A stretch of 55,322 nucleotides of DNA from an uncultured Candidatus Saccharibacteria bacterium (GCA_964615565.1 CAZTPC010000006.1:1-55322), one strand, 5' to 3'. Counted from the stretch's first letter, positions 35,878 through 45,259 are shown. The notes: a model not told the origin generated them from the sequence alone. A program made the numbers and translations.

Positions 35878-36449
35878 CCCTTAAGGGCTGCTTTTACCCG
35901 TTCTTCAACCGATAATTCTTTATCAATATCTTTCAATGCAACCTGGGCATCGGCGTCACTATAGCCAAGTGAAACAAGCGCCTGCAGCGCTAAGTCGTTC
36001 TGGTCTATGCCTGCTCGTCCAATTAGATCTTCGGCGGCCGCCCCAACAGGAGCGCCAACCTTATCACGTAGTTCAACTACAATCTGTTCGGCAGCACGCT
36101 TACCTACGCCTTTAGCAGACTGTAGTATTTTTACATCGCCATTTGCAATTGCAGTTCGTACTAGCCCCTCGCCGCCAATGTCTAACACTGCTAGCGCGCC
36201 CTTTGGCCCAACGTTTTTAACGCTTAACAACTGCTCAAAGAGCTGTTTTGTACTCAGTGACTTAAATCCAATAAGATTGTGAGCATCCTCTTTAATGTGT
36301 TCGTAAATATACAATTTAGCCTCAGCTCCACTTGGTAACGCCCCTTGGTCGGTCGAGGTAACCATAACCCCATACCCAACAAAACCAACTTCCAGGATTA
36401 TCATGTTCCCTTGATGTTCAGTAATCGTACCAGTGAGTGTTGCAATCAT
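35874..36449 (-). CDS. ruvA: Holliday junction DNA-binding protein RuvA
   Basis: 'MIATLTGTI...VGYGV' OB-fold N-terminus and two HhH motifs ('GVGKRAAEQIV'). Confidence 0.92.
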   Translation of the reverse strand: MIATLTGTITEHQGNMIILEVGFVGYGVMVTSTDQGALPSGAEAKLYIYEHIKEDAHNLIGFKSLSTKQLFEQLLSVKNVGPKGALAVLDIGGEGLVRTAIANGDVKILQSAKGVGKRAAEQIVVELRDKVGAPVGAAAEDLIGRAGIDQNDLALQALVSLGYSDADAQVALKDIDKELSVEERVKAALKG

Positions 36450-36471
36450 GTTTCTAGCTTACCATGCCGCC

Positions 36472-36945
36472 TTAGCGGATACTCATAGCGCAAGTGATAG
36501 CTGCTGCAAGCGCATCTGCTGCATCGTCTGGTTTAGGAATTTCTTTGAGACGCAGAATCGTTCGAACCATTTCCTGCATCTGTTTTTTGTCGGCCTTGCC
36601 ATAGCCAGTTATAGCCTGTTTGATTTGCATTGGATTATATTCGTATAATTTCAATCCGTTCTGCTGACCAAGTAACAGCACTACACCGCGCGCCTGTGAT
36701 ACCGTCATAGCAGTTGTAACATTTTTGGAAAAGAATAGCTTTTCGACAGACATGACGGTTGGTTTATTGGTAATAATTATGTCTTGGAGTTCATCAAAAA
36801 TGGTCACCAAGCGAACAGCATCATCCTCTTTCACGGGCGTGCGGATTACACCTGCGTCTACCAACTGAAACGAGCCATTAGCAGCAACGTCTATAACGCC
36901 AAAACCAAGGATCCCGGTACCGGGATCAATCCCGAGTATTCTCAT
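36472..36945 (-). CDS. ruvC: crossover junction endodeoxyribonuclease RuvC
   Basis: 'MRILGIDPGTGILGFGVI' with the catalytic Asp, and 'DAADALAAAI' at the C-terminus. Confidence 0.92.
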   Translation of the reverse strand: MRILGIDPGTGILGFGVIDVAANGSFQLVDAGVIRTPVKEDDAVRLVTIFDELQDIIITNKPTVMSVEKLFFSKNVTTAMTVSQARGVVLLLGQQNGLKLYEYNPMQIKQAITGYGKADKKQMQEMVRTILRLKEIPKPDDAADALAAAITCAMSIR

Positions 36946-37747
36946 AATCGATAAGTTTAACTAGCCGGTCGTGAACCAGACTGTTACTAACTATCAGTCC
37001 ATCGCCCCAGACATTGTACTTACGCGGTTTACCGTTCATGTCTGTTGCTTTGCCCCCTGCCTCCTGGACAATTAGCGAAATAGCAGCGGCATCCCATGGG
37101 GAGCCATATACCATACAAGCAGCCACAAAGCGGCCTTCTGCGACCAGTGCACCGCCATAACTAAAGCCGGCAAACATATATATCTTGGCGCCCTGCCTTT
37201 GGAGTTCATCAAACATTATGTTCACACCTTTGTGATCAGGTTTAGTGAGTGACCTAAAGCTAAGAACAAACTGCCGTTTGAAAGTATCTTCTTTTGAGAC
37301 TTCTAGTTTGGCATCATTCACAAAGGCACCCTGGCCTTTTCGGGCCACGAACATACGATCCTGGAATGGATCGAAAACAATACTAAAGATTACGTCACCA
37401 TTATGTACGAGCGCTAATGCAAAGGTAGAAATCGGGATACCGAGCGAAAAAGGAGATGTGCCGTCAAGAGGATCAACAACCCAGAGCCACTCACGTTCGA
37501 TCTCATAGGTGTCTTCCTCGCCGTAGACTCCATGTTCTGGATAGCTCTCTTGGATCTTTGAGATAACCAGCTGGTTGATAGTTGTGTCGGCAACCGTGAC
37601 AATCGAATTGTCTTCTTTCCAGTTCTTTGCCATATCTGCAGACTGGAAGTACTTAGTAATTATCTCTCCGGATTGTCGTGCAAGATCTTTAGCAAAGACA
37701 AATGCCTTGTCCAGGTCTGCATCAGTCAATGGTGACTCCATCAGCAA
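36926..37747 (-). CDS. inositol monophosphatase family protein (SuhB-like)
   Basis: 'GEEDT', 'WVVDPLDGT' and 'WDAAA' metal-binding motifs. Overlaps both neighbours. Confidence 0.85.
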   Translation of the reverse strand: MLMESPLTDADLDKAFVFAKDLARQSGEIITKYFQSADMAKNWKEDNSIVTVADTTINQLVISKIQESYPEHGVYGEEDTYEIEREWLWVVDPLDGTSPFSLGIPISTFALALVHNGDVIFSIVFDPFQDRMFVARKGQGAFVNDAKLEVSKEDTFKRQFVLSFRSLTKPDHKGVNIMFDELQRQGAKIYMFAGFSYGGALVAEGRFVAACMVYGSPWDAAAISLIVQEAGGKATDMNGKPRKYNVWGDGLIVSNSLVHDRLVKLIDYENTRD

Positions 37748-38453
37748 TATCGAAGTTTACGTAAGTATTAGAAACGTCGTCTAGATCGTCGAGAGCGTTC
37801 ATAACCTTCATGATCTTACGAGCTACTTCTGGATCGGTTACTTCGACAGTGTTGTTTGGGACGTATGCCAGCTCGGCTTCTAGGATTTCTACTCCAGCTT
37901 CTTTCAGTGCATCGCGAACCTTGGCAAGGTTATTCTTTTCGGTATAGATTACGCTTTCTTCACCTTCATCTTCAAAGTCTTCCGCGCCTGCATCGAGTAC
38001 TTGGAGCATAAGTTCGTCACCGCCACCTTTAACGCGAATCATTCCTTTGTGGTCAAACTGGAAGGCAACTGCGCCTTTCTCGGCAATATTGCCACCGTTT
38101 TTACTAAAGGCAAGTTTAACTTCGGGGTAGGTACGATTAACATTATCGGTTGCACATTCCACTAGTACCGCCACACCACCCGGGCCATAGCCTTCGTATA
38201 GTACCTCTTGGATTTGCTCACCACCGAGCTTGCCGCTACCACGATCGATGCCTCTCTGAATGTTAGCAATAGGCATGTTAGCCGCTTTGGCTTTATCGAT
38301 CGCCAATCGAAGAGAGAAGTTCATATCTGGGTCGGCGCCGGCTCGTGCCGCAATAGCGATAGCATTACCGAGCTTTGTAAATACAGCTCCTCGGGCCGCA
38401 TCTTTTGCTCCCTTTTGACGTTTAATGGTGCTCCACTTGCTATGACCAGACAT
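37722..38453 (-). CDS. yebC: YebC/PmpR family DNA-binding transcriptional regulator
   Basis: 'MSGHSKWSTIKRQKGAKDAARG' is the canonical N-terminus. GGAG Shine-Dalgarno upstream. Confidence 0.93.
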   Translation of the reverse strand: MSGHSKWSTIKRQKGAKDAARGAVFTKLGNAIAIAARAGADPDMNFSLRLAIDKAKAANMPIANIQRGIDRGSGKLGGEQIQEVLYEGYGPGGVAVLVECATDNVNRTYPEVKLAFSKNGGNIAEKGAVAFQFDHKGMIRVKGGGDELMLQVLDAGAEDFEDEGEESVIYTEKNNLAKVRDALKEAGVEILEAELAYVPNNTVEVTDPEVARKIMKVMNALDDLDDVSNTYVNFDIADGVTID

Positions 38454-38455
38454 AA

Positions 38456-39877
38456 CTACTCCTGTTTTCTTATCTGTATTTTACTATTATGGGCTGCTTT
38501 TCGCCAGCCGAGAGCAACCACCAGTACACCCGCATACACCAGCGTCATCTGCACGCCGCTTATCCGTAGACTAATAGACGCTTTGGGTAGTCGCGCAACC
38601 AATCTAACAACGTCCAAAATATACGTAGTAACGAGTGATACCGGCCATGCCAACCAACCTGCTACAGCCGGCACAATCATGCCAGCCAAACCTGCTAGCA
38701 AGCCAAGCATCATTGCCAAAGGGATGAACGGCACAACTAAGAGGTTAGCCAGCAGTGCGACAATGGACAGCCTCCCAAAGATAAACAATATAAGTGGAGT
38801 AGTCATAATGATGGCCGAGATAGTCTCGATAATTAACGACGGTACCGGCCACTTTGCAAGTCTTCTCGAAAACAAAGGCGCCAGTAGCAACACGCCCGCA
38901 AACGCCATAAATGATAAGTACCAGCCGATATCACTCCAAATATAGATAGGTAACCAGCCTGCCGTAATCGCTGCCGTCACCAATATAAGTAGTACTGGTC
39001 GGATCTTACGACCAAAGTACCAAGCCCACAAACTCAACGTGCTTATCAAGCCAGCTCGAACAATACTAGCGCTTGTGCCGCATAGTAAAACAAAGGCCAG
39101 AATAACCAGCAGGGTTAATACGGTCGCCTGATATTTGGATCGTCTCCGCAGAAGTCGATGAACAAACTGGACCAAAATAGTTACGTTGTACCCACTCACC
39201 GCTACGATGTGCGTTAGCCCGGTCGCCGACAAACTTTCTGTGAGTGCGGCAGGTAGTGTGGTCCGCTGGCCGACAAGCAATCCTAATGAAAACGAACCAT
39301 GTGGTTCCGGCAAAGCAGACTGCATACCGTTCGCGAACTTGCGCCGAACTTTGGCAAGTAGGCTTTTAGATCGCTGGACTTTAATAACTGTTGCAAAGCC
39401 AATACTGGCCGACCGGCTCCCCCTGGTTGGATACAGTTTCCCAGTCAAGAGGAGCCGGTCACCAGCATAGACAGCAGGCAAGCCATACGAACCAACACCG
39501 ATTGTACCCGGTAACCAGGTCTTTGCAGGCTCCAGGATCTGCGCTTGCTCTGCATCGAACTTTAGTTCTTTTCTCTGCCCGTACACTGCATCGGTTTTAG
39601 CAACAACTTCTAAAACAATCTTTTTGTGAGCATATGTAGAGTAGGGAAGTAACCGCTGCTTAAATGTCGCGCCGCGTGCACACCCAAGGCTCAAACCGAT
39701 TACGGTTATGCTTAACATGCTAAGTGTATTACGGCGGAAGAGCAGGGGGATACAAACGAACGCCAAGCCGAGTATTGCCCAGCCTGGATTATAAAAACGG
39801 CCAGCAACAAGCCCAGCCAAAAACCCACAACACCCAAGACAAACTAACGTCGTCCGCCGAACTTTCCACCGCCCCAT
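38456..39877 (-). CDS. comEC: DNA internalization channel ComEC/Rec2 (no C-terminal metallo-beta-lactamase domain)
   Basis: N-terminal TM helices plus an OB-like segment, and the competence domain motif 'GLTHIVAVSGYNVTIL'. About 10 TM helices. Ends at 473 aa. Confidence 0.85.
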   Translation of the reverse strand: MGRWKVRRTTLVCLGCCGFLAGLVAGRFYNPGWAILGLAFVCIPLLFRRNTLSMLSITVIGLSLGCARGATFKQRLLPYSTYAHKKIVLEVVAKTDAVYGQRKELKFDAEQAQILEPAKTWLPGTIGVGSYGLPAVYAGDRLLLTGKLYPTRGSRSASIGFATVIKVQRSKSLLAKVRRKFANGMQSALPEPHGSFSLGLLVGQRTTLPAALTESLSATGLTHIVAVSGYNVTILVQFVHRLLRRRSKYQATVLTLLVILAFVLLCGTSASIVRAGLISTLSLWAWYFGRKIRPVLLILVTAAITAGWLPIYIWSDIGWYLSFMAFAGVLLLAPLFSRRLAKWPVPSLIIETISAIIMTTPLILFIFGRLSIVALLANLLVVPFIPLAMMLGLLAGLAGMIVPAVAGWLAWPVSLVTTYILDVVRLVARLPKASISLRISGVQMTLVYAGVLVVALGWRKAAHNSKIQIRKQE

Positions 39878-39929
39878 TCCATCAGACTACACGCGCTCTA
39901 GTTCTTAAACAAAACCGTCAAACTACCGT

Positions 39930-40847
39930 CTATTCTGCCCACGAGATACCGTTGATATCGTATCCTGCTGGCGATCGGTCCAAAATATAAGACTCATTCA
40001 TAAACTGAATATGCGCTTGTAGCGCACGACCCTCGAGCGGCTGCCGTACTGCACCTGCTTCTAGGTGGTTCTCATTAAGATATGGGTAAATCGCTGTCGA
40101 AGCAAAGTCTACATAGGTATCCCACGTAGCATCAAAAAGTGTCTTGCCAGTACCTGGCAGAATTGTAGTTAGCGCCAAGCAAACCCCACTGCCCTCTGTC
40201 CCAACCATCCGAAGGTTGGCGATTTCTTTTGCAGCTTCGACAACCCGTTGGACCCCATCAACTGGCGTGATACCTGTGTCGGCATCCGGCTTGAACCACG
40301 CGGCATCAATGTGCGTATGAGAATACCCCAGAGGCTTTTGTGACCCACGAACGAGCGCCTGAACTCGAGTGCCATCTCCAGCGATTGCAGCGCCATACGC
40401 CTTTGCCTGCTTGGCCATAGCCGGCCAATGGTCCCGGTCAATTCCCTCTCTATTGGCGATAACCGGTACCACTTCAACTATTTCACCCATGGCCTGGTTA
40501 CCGGGTCGATATCTGGAAAGCATAGCGTACGGGTCCACCATCTCCCCACGTATTCGTAGACGATCATCACTTGTGGCTTCTGCACGATCAAATGCCTTCT
40601 GATAGTTAAGCCTCTGGGCGTGATTAACAGTCCACACTGTAAGTGCTGTAGTCATCCATTCTGCAATATTTTGATATGGATTCCTCTCATCCTCGGGCTG
40701 GTCGCCACTAAGCCAATATGATGCCTCTTCAGGTATTAGTGATGCGTCTGAAACCCAGTCCAGAGATTCTCCAAACCTACCAAACTCTTCGCGTAACAAG
40801 GCGCGTCGAGAGGCTTTTACCGGTCCTGATCCTTTTATAACAAACAT
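39930..40847 (-). CDS. hypothetical cytoplasmic protein
   Basis: 305-aa ORF. TATAAT at 40857-40862 lies 9 nt upstream of the ATG. No motif I recognise, although 'GYSHTHID' could be a metal site. Confidence 0.6.
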   Translation of the reverse strand: MFVIKGSGPVKASRRALLREEFGRFGESLDWVSDASLIPEEASYWLSGDQPEDERNPYQNIAEWMTTALTVWTVNHAQRLNYQKAFDRAEATSDDRLRIRGEMVDPYAMLSRYRPGNQAMGEIVEVVPVIANREGIDRDHWPAMAKQAKAYGAAIAGDGTRVQALVRGSQKPLGYSHTHIDAAWFKPDADTGITPVDGVQRVVEAAKEIANLRMVGTEGSGVCLALTTILPGTGKTLFDATWDTYVDFASTAIYPYLNENHLEAGAVRQPLEGRALQAHIQFMNESYILDRSPAGYDINGISWAE

Positions 40848-40896
40848 AAGTCTACGATTATATAATCTTTGCTACTGCATGTCTAGAGTACATGCA

Positions 40897-40924
40897 TTGA
40901 CATTTCCGCGAAAATAACGATAAT
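40897..40924 (+). promoter_or_regulatory. promoter of tRNA-Lys
   Basis: TTGACA (40897-40902), 16-nt spacer, GATAAT (40919-40924). The tRNA starts 21 nt downstream. Confidence 0.6.
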
Positions 40925-40945
40925 GTAAGGAGTTATTTTGAGCTT

Positions 40946-41022
40946 GGGTCCATAGCTCAGCCGGTTAGAGCACCTGCCTTTTAAGCAGGGTGTCGTGGGT
41001 TCGAGTCCCACTGGACCCTCCA
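40946..41022 (+). tRNA. tRNA-Lys (anticodon TTT), CCA encoded
   Basis: Hand-folded 77-nt cloverleaf: acceptor GGGTCCA/TGGACCC, D stem GCTC/GAGC, anticodon stem CCTGC/GCAGG with loop CTTTTAA, T arm GTGGG-TTCGAGT-CCCAC. Confidence 0.9.
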
Positions 41023-41032
41023 TATAGTATCC

Positions 41033-41053
41033 AGAGGCTTCGGCCTCTTTTTT
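41033..41053 (+). terminator. intrinsic terminator after tRNA-Lys
   Basis: AGAGGC-TTCG-GCCTCT followed by TTTTTT. Confidence 0.75.
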
Positions 41054-41067
41054 GTTATCATTAAACT

Positions 41068-41715
41068 ATGAAACTCTATTTATCCTCTTATGGCCTTGGT
41101 AACCATTCCGACAAACTGGTAGAACTTATCGGTAAAAAGAATGCAAAGATCGGTGTCGTTACTAACGCACTCGACTTCTCTACCGATCTACCACGCGTTG
41201 CCAAACGGCTTGCCGATGAGATAGCCAATCTTGAAGCTCTAGGCTATGAAGCTGAACATCTGGATCTTCGGGATTACTTCGGCAATGACGGGCTAAAAGA
41301 TCGCCTGAATGCATACGATATGGTCTGGGTCACCGGTGGGAACACCTTTATCTTGGCAAAGGCTTACAGACAAAGTGGTTTCGATAAACTCTTTGATGAG
41401 CTAGTAGTTAGTGGAAAGCTTATCTACGGTGGCTACAGCGCTGCCTTCTGCGTACTCGCTAAGTCATTACGTGGCGTCGAGATCATCGACGACAAAGATG
41501 CCGTGGCCGAGGGGTATCTGCAGGGCGAAGTATGGGAAGGACTAGGAGTGATCGACTTCCACCCGATTGTACACTTCCGCTCCGACCACCATGAATCACT
41601 TGATGTCGAAAAAGAATACGAATATGTTGTCAGTGAGAACCTGCCCCATAAAACATTTCGAGACGGCGATGTGTATCTGGTCAATGGCTCAAGCCAACAG
41701 ACTTTAGCAACGTAA
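41068..41715 (+). CDS. peptidase S51 family (dipeptidase E-like)
   Basis: 'MKLYLSSYG', 'VWVTGGNTFIL' and 'GGYSAAF' (nucleophile Ser context), as in PepE-type class I amidotransferase-like peptidases. Confidence 0.7.
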   Translation: MKLYLSSYGLGNHSDKLVELIGKKNAKIGVVTNALDFSTDLPRVAKRLADEIANLEALGYEAEHLDLRDYFGNDGLKDRLNAYDMVWVTGGNTFILAKAYRQSGFDKLFDELVVSGKLIYGGYSAAFCVLAKSLRGVEIIDDKDAVAEGYLQGEVWEGLGVIDFHPIVHFRSDHHESLDVEKEYEYVVSENLPHKTFRDGDVYLVNGSSQQTLAT

Positions 41716-41786
41716 GCTTACAAATACCAATAGATTGACTAATTAGCTATATTACAGTAAAGTATACATATTAAATTGGAGTGATT

Positions 41787-42944
41787 ATGTCTGTAGCTTC
41801 GCCTGAATCTCTAGCCGAGGTGCCGCAATTTCATCATCAAAAAACACTTGAAGTCGTGCAATTCGGTACAACTGCCTTGGGCAATATTGCTGCACGTACA
41901 TATGACCCAACGACCGGCGAATACGGCGATAGTTTGCGCGTAATACACACCGACCTTACAGCAGTTCTAGACGACGTTTATGGAAAAGTTTCTGGGGTTA
42001 TGCTTGGTACTGAAGCAATCGTTCGAGGTCTAGCAACGGGTGCCGCCGGAGAGACTCTCCAACGTGCCGGAAACAGCGTGTCTCTTAACAGTGCCATCCA
42101 TGAAATTGGTCGTGGGCCAGCCGGCGTACAAGCCGCACTTCGCGCGGGACTTGATCGTCAAGTATTCGATGAAGCAGTGCAGGGGGTTAGCCTAAACTAT
42201 GGAGTTCACGCGATTGCTAACTACGGATCAACACATGGCAAACGTGCGATGCGTCTTGGTCTAGAACAACGAGTATACCTTGAGGCATTTGGTGCTGTTT
42301 CTATTAATTCTGGCGCCCACACGATTGCTAACTATGCAGCCAATAGCAGCGCCTTACGCCGTGGTCTAGACCTGAGAGTCGCACACGAAGCTGCAACTGC
42401 GGTCAGCCTTAACTCTGCTACGCATACAATCGCAAACTACGGATCATCCCCTATTGATCAGCGTCATATGCGTAATGACTTAGACCAGCAAGTCGAATCC
42501 GAGGCCATGACAGCAGTCAGCCTTAACTCTGCTACGCATACAATCGCAAACTACGGATCAACACAAGCTGCAAAGGATAGCATGCGTGAGAAATTAAACA
42601 CGCGAGTACGATCCGAAGCCGCCGATGCACATTCAGCAAGCAGTGCGCTTCAGGTAGTCCGTGGCTATGGATTCGGGCCTCAAAAAACTGTCATGGAACA
42701 AGAAGTTGCCCAAAAGTGGCTACCATCTGAGAAAGCGAAGTTAGCCGAACAGAAGAAGACTCTAGCAAAGACAGAACAGGAGCTAGATGATATCTCCGAA
42801 CTTAACATCTTTAAACGTGCAGTTAAATTCCCTGCTTCACAAAGGCTAAAGGCCAAAGCAAAGCTGTACGAAATGTTAATTTCTAGTACTAAAGCTAGTG
42901 TAACGCAACTTTCTGGCATTCTTGGGATCGAAGACCAAGAGTAA
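41787..42944 (+). CDS. repeat protein: about six 38-aa tandem repeats plus a C-terminal coiled coil
   Basis: Recurrent 'VSLNSATHTIANYGS...R.GLD..V..EA' units. Start at the ATG 41787, 5 nt after GGAG. No TM segment or signal peptide. Confidence 0.7.
   Translation: MSVASPESLAEVPQFHHQKTLEVVQFGTTALGNIAARTYDPTTGEYGDSLRVIHTDLTAVLDDVYGKVSGVMLGTEAIVRGLATGAAGETLQRAGNSVSLNSAIHEIGRGPAGVQAALRAGLDRQVFDEAVQGVSLNYGVHAIANYGSTHGKRAMRLGLEQRVYLEAFGAVSINSGAHTIANYAANSSALRRGLDLRVAHEAATAVSLNSATHTIANYGSSPIDQRHMRNDLDQQVESEAMTAVSLNSATHTIANYGSTQAAKDSMREKLNTRVRSEAADAHSASSALQVVRGYGFGPQKTVMEQEVAQKWLPSEKAKLAEQKKTLAKTEQELDDISELNIFKRAVKFPASQRLKAKAKLYEMLISSTKASVTQLSGILGIEDQE
42402..42560 (+). repeat. identical 45-nt direct repeat pair, 114 nt apart, inside the repeat-protein gene
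   Basis: GTCAGCCTTAACTCTGCTACGCATACAATCGCAAACTACGGATCA occurs at 42402-42446 and again at 42516-42560. Confidence 0.9.
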
Positions 42945-43109
42945 ATGATCTGTTTGTAGCGACGCGCATGCCAAGAACAAGCCAATCATTTTTAAAAAGC
43001 CGGTGCTAGTGCCGTCCAAATTGCTACTATTCTCGTAGACGAAGGCCTCGGTGCGTTTAGTCGGCTAGTCTCGTAATCAAATGTTACACTTGTGACATAA
43101 GGAGTCACT

Positions 43110-43865
43110 ATGCAAAAAGCGTTAATTACAGGGGCATCTAGCGGCATCGGTAAGGAGCTTGCGATCATTATGGCAAAAGCCGGGCACGATCTTGTACTCG
43201 TTGCACGCGACAAAGATGAACTCGCAAAGCTACAGCGCAGTATTACTACTGAGCACAAAGTAAAAGTGAGTGTTATTGTGGCCGATTTGTCCGTTCCTGG
43301 ATCTGCCGCTAAGCTGTACAGCCAAGCTAAAAAAGAGAAGATTCAGATCCTGGTAAACAATGCCGGTGTTGGACTAAAGGGTGATTTCTTCCATGATGAT
43401 CCAGCTCGAACTACACAATTGGCACAACTTAACGTCGTGAGCCTTATGGAACTCTCCCAACTCTTCGGGAAAGATTTTATAACGAATAACAATGGTCGAA
43501 TCCTGAATATCGCATCAATTACGGCGTTCTTTCCTGGGCCAAAACAGCCAGTCTACTATGCCAGCAAAGCATTTGTAAGGAGTCTTGGCCGAGCACTTGC
43601 CTACAATGTCCGAAATACCAATGTAACGGTTACCACTCTGCATCCTGGCGTAACCAAAACATCATTCTTTACTGCTGCGAATGCCGGCAACATAACGAAT
43701 GGTGCCTCAGCTGAGTCAGTTGCTCGCCTAGGCTATAAAGCAATGATGGCCGGGAAGATAGAGGTCACCCATGGCTTTAGTAATAAACTGCTCACCAACG
43801 TCTTTGCCCGTTTTATACCCTACCGTGCTCAGACCAGGATTGTTGGGCGTGCCTCGGACGTATAG
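43110..43865 (+). CDS. SDR family oxidoreductase
   Basis: 'TGASSGIGKE' cofactor motif, 'NNAG', and catalytic 'YYASK'. AAGGAG Shine-Dalgarno upstream. Confidence 0.9.
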   Translation: MQKALITGASSGIGKELAIIMAKAGHDLVLVARDKDELAKLQRSITTEHKVKVSVIVADLSVPGSAAKLYSQAKKEKIQILVNNAGVGLKGDFFHDDPARTTQLAQLNVVSLMELSQLFGKDFITNNNGRILNIASITAFFPGPKQPVYYASKAFVRSLGRALAYNVRNTNVTVTTLHPGVTKTSFFTAANAGNITNGASAESVARLGYKAMMAGKIEVTHGFSNKLLTNVFARFIPYRAQTRIVGRASDV

Positions 43866-43884
43866 CTAGGCTATACTGAAAAGT

Positions 43885-44670
43885 ATGAAGCTCACCGTTC
43901 TCGGTTCTGGCGCCGCCCTCTTTGATCCCACTACCCCATATCGCTTCCCTGCATCTCATCTTGTAGAGATAGATGGACAACACGTTTTGCTAGACGCTGG
44001 CCTTGGTGTATTACCACAAATAACCAAACTTGGTCTAACAATTGGCGATATTCACGCTATTGTTATCAGCCACTTTCATATAGACCACTTCAACATCCAA
44101 CCTCTGTTGCAACGCTATTTTCTAGACGGCCGATTTGCCGGCAAAAAAGTAAAGTTACACCTTATCGGGCCTCCGGGCATTGCCGAGCGTGCAAAGATTG
44201 GCTTCAACCAGTGCGGGTTTGATTTTGACGAAGACTTTTTGCCAAATGTCGACTATAAAGTTACCGAATTTGTAGATGCCCAGCCAATCATTATTGCCAG
44301 CAACGCGCGCGTTATCCCACGCAAAACCACCCATTACAAAGTCGATGCCTATGCAGTACGGCTTGAATCGGACGGTACAGTTATTGCCTACTCTGGCGAC
44401 TCAACCAACGACGACGTACTCGTGACTACAGCCAAGGATGCCGATATCTTTATCTGTGAAGCATCGGCGCAGGTCGGCAAAGATTCCGACGCAGGACACC
44501 TCAATCCAGCGGATGCAGCACAGACTGCGCACAAAGCAGGTGCAAGACAACTTGTTATAACCCACTATTCCGGACATGACTCTGTAGACGGCATACTTAA
44601 AGCCGCGCGGACTTCCGACTTTACTGGCGAGTTATCAGTGGCCAACGATCTTGATACAGTCAGTACATAG
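43885..44670 (+). CDS. MBL-fold metallo-hydrolase (RNase Z/PhnP-like)
   Basis: 'ISHFHIDHF' HxHxDH motif, with later 'D' and 'THYS' metal ligands. TATACT at 43872-43877 lies 7 nt upstream of the ATG. Confidence 0.8.
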   Translation: MKLTVLGSGAALFDPTTPYRFPASHLVEIDGQHVLLDAGLGVLPQITKLGLTIGDIHAIVISHFHIDHFNIQPLLQRYFLDGRFAGKKVKLHLIGPPGIAERAKIGFNQCGFDFDEDFLPNVDYKVTEFVDAQPIIIASNARVIPRKTTHYKVDAYAVRLESDGTVIAYSGDSTNDDVLVTTAKDADIFICEASAQVGKDSDAGHLNPADAAQTAHKAGARQLVITHYSGHDSVDGILKAARTSDFTGELSVANDLDTVST

Positions 44671-44686
44671 TATTGTTTTATGTAGA

Positions 44687-45184
44687 CTAGTGTTTCTTCT
44701 TTTTCTTGTCTTTGTCTTTGCCACCGTGGCCGCTGCCCCATAACTGCGCCAGACTAATGAGTGCTGCGCCAGAGATGAGCGCCGCCTGATATGAGCTAAG
44801 TTGAACCCAAATATCGTTACCATAGATGCCACTCGAGGTGCCAGGAGGCAGTAGGGGCACCACAAGAAAGAGTACTGATACCCCTGTTAGAAGCGCGGGG
44901 AAGATATTAATAATTGTTTTATTACTGCTAAGTGACCGATTTAAGAATAATAACGTCAGTAACACCGGTACAATCAACAAACCAATCTGGACAATAGACT
45001 GCGTTGTGCTGTTATAGCCTTTTACAAATGTCTGCACCATATCGAGAGCCGTATCACCGACGTAATTGCTAAGAATAACCCCTACTGCCAACGACATAAA
45101 CACAAAGGCCGCCTTAACACGGACAAGGACAATCAGTAACACTGGGGCTAGCCCAATAATCGCCATAAGAATAAGCGGATTCAT
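44687..45184 (-). CDS. hypothetical polytopic membrane protein with Lys-rich tail
   Basis: Five predicted TM helices and a C-terminal 'GGKDKDKKKKKH'. TACTAT at 45191-45196 lies 6 nt upstream of the ATG. Confidence 0.6.
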   Translation of the reverse strand: MNPLILMAIIGLAPVLLIVLVRVKAAFVFMSLAVGVILSNYVGDTALDMVQTFVKGYNSTTQSIVQIGLLIVPVLLTLLFLNRSLSSNKTIINIFPALLTGVSVLFLVVPLLPPGTSSGIYGNDIWVQLSSYQAALISGAALISLAQLWGSGHGGKDKDKKKKKH

Positions 45185-45259
45185 ACGGCTATAGTATCAT
45201 GACCGCCCTCAATAATGCTATTGCCATAAGCACTACTTCATGCTATAATACTGCTTGTA

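Noticed and set aside
38208-38945. 245-aa plus-strand ORF spanning the yebC/comEC junction
   Set aside because: It overlaps two strongly supported minus-strand genes. It has no recognisable motifs and no promoter or Shine-Dalgarno.
42992-43258. 88-aa minus-strand ORF overlapping the start of the SDR gene
   Set aside because: It is antisense to the SDR Rossmann motif region, Ser/Ala-rich, and lacks expression signals.
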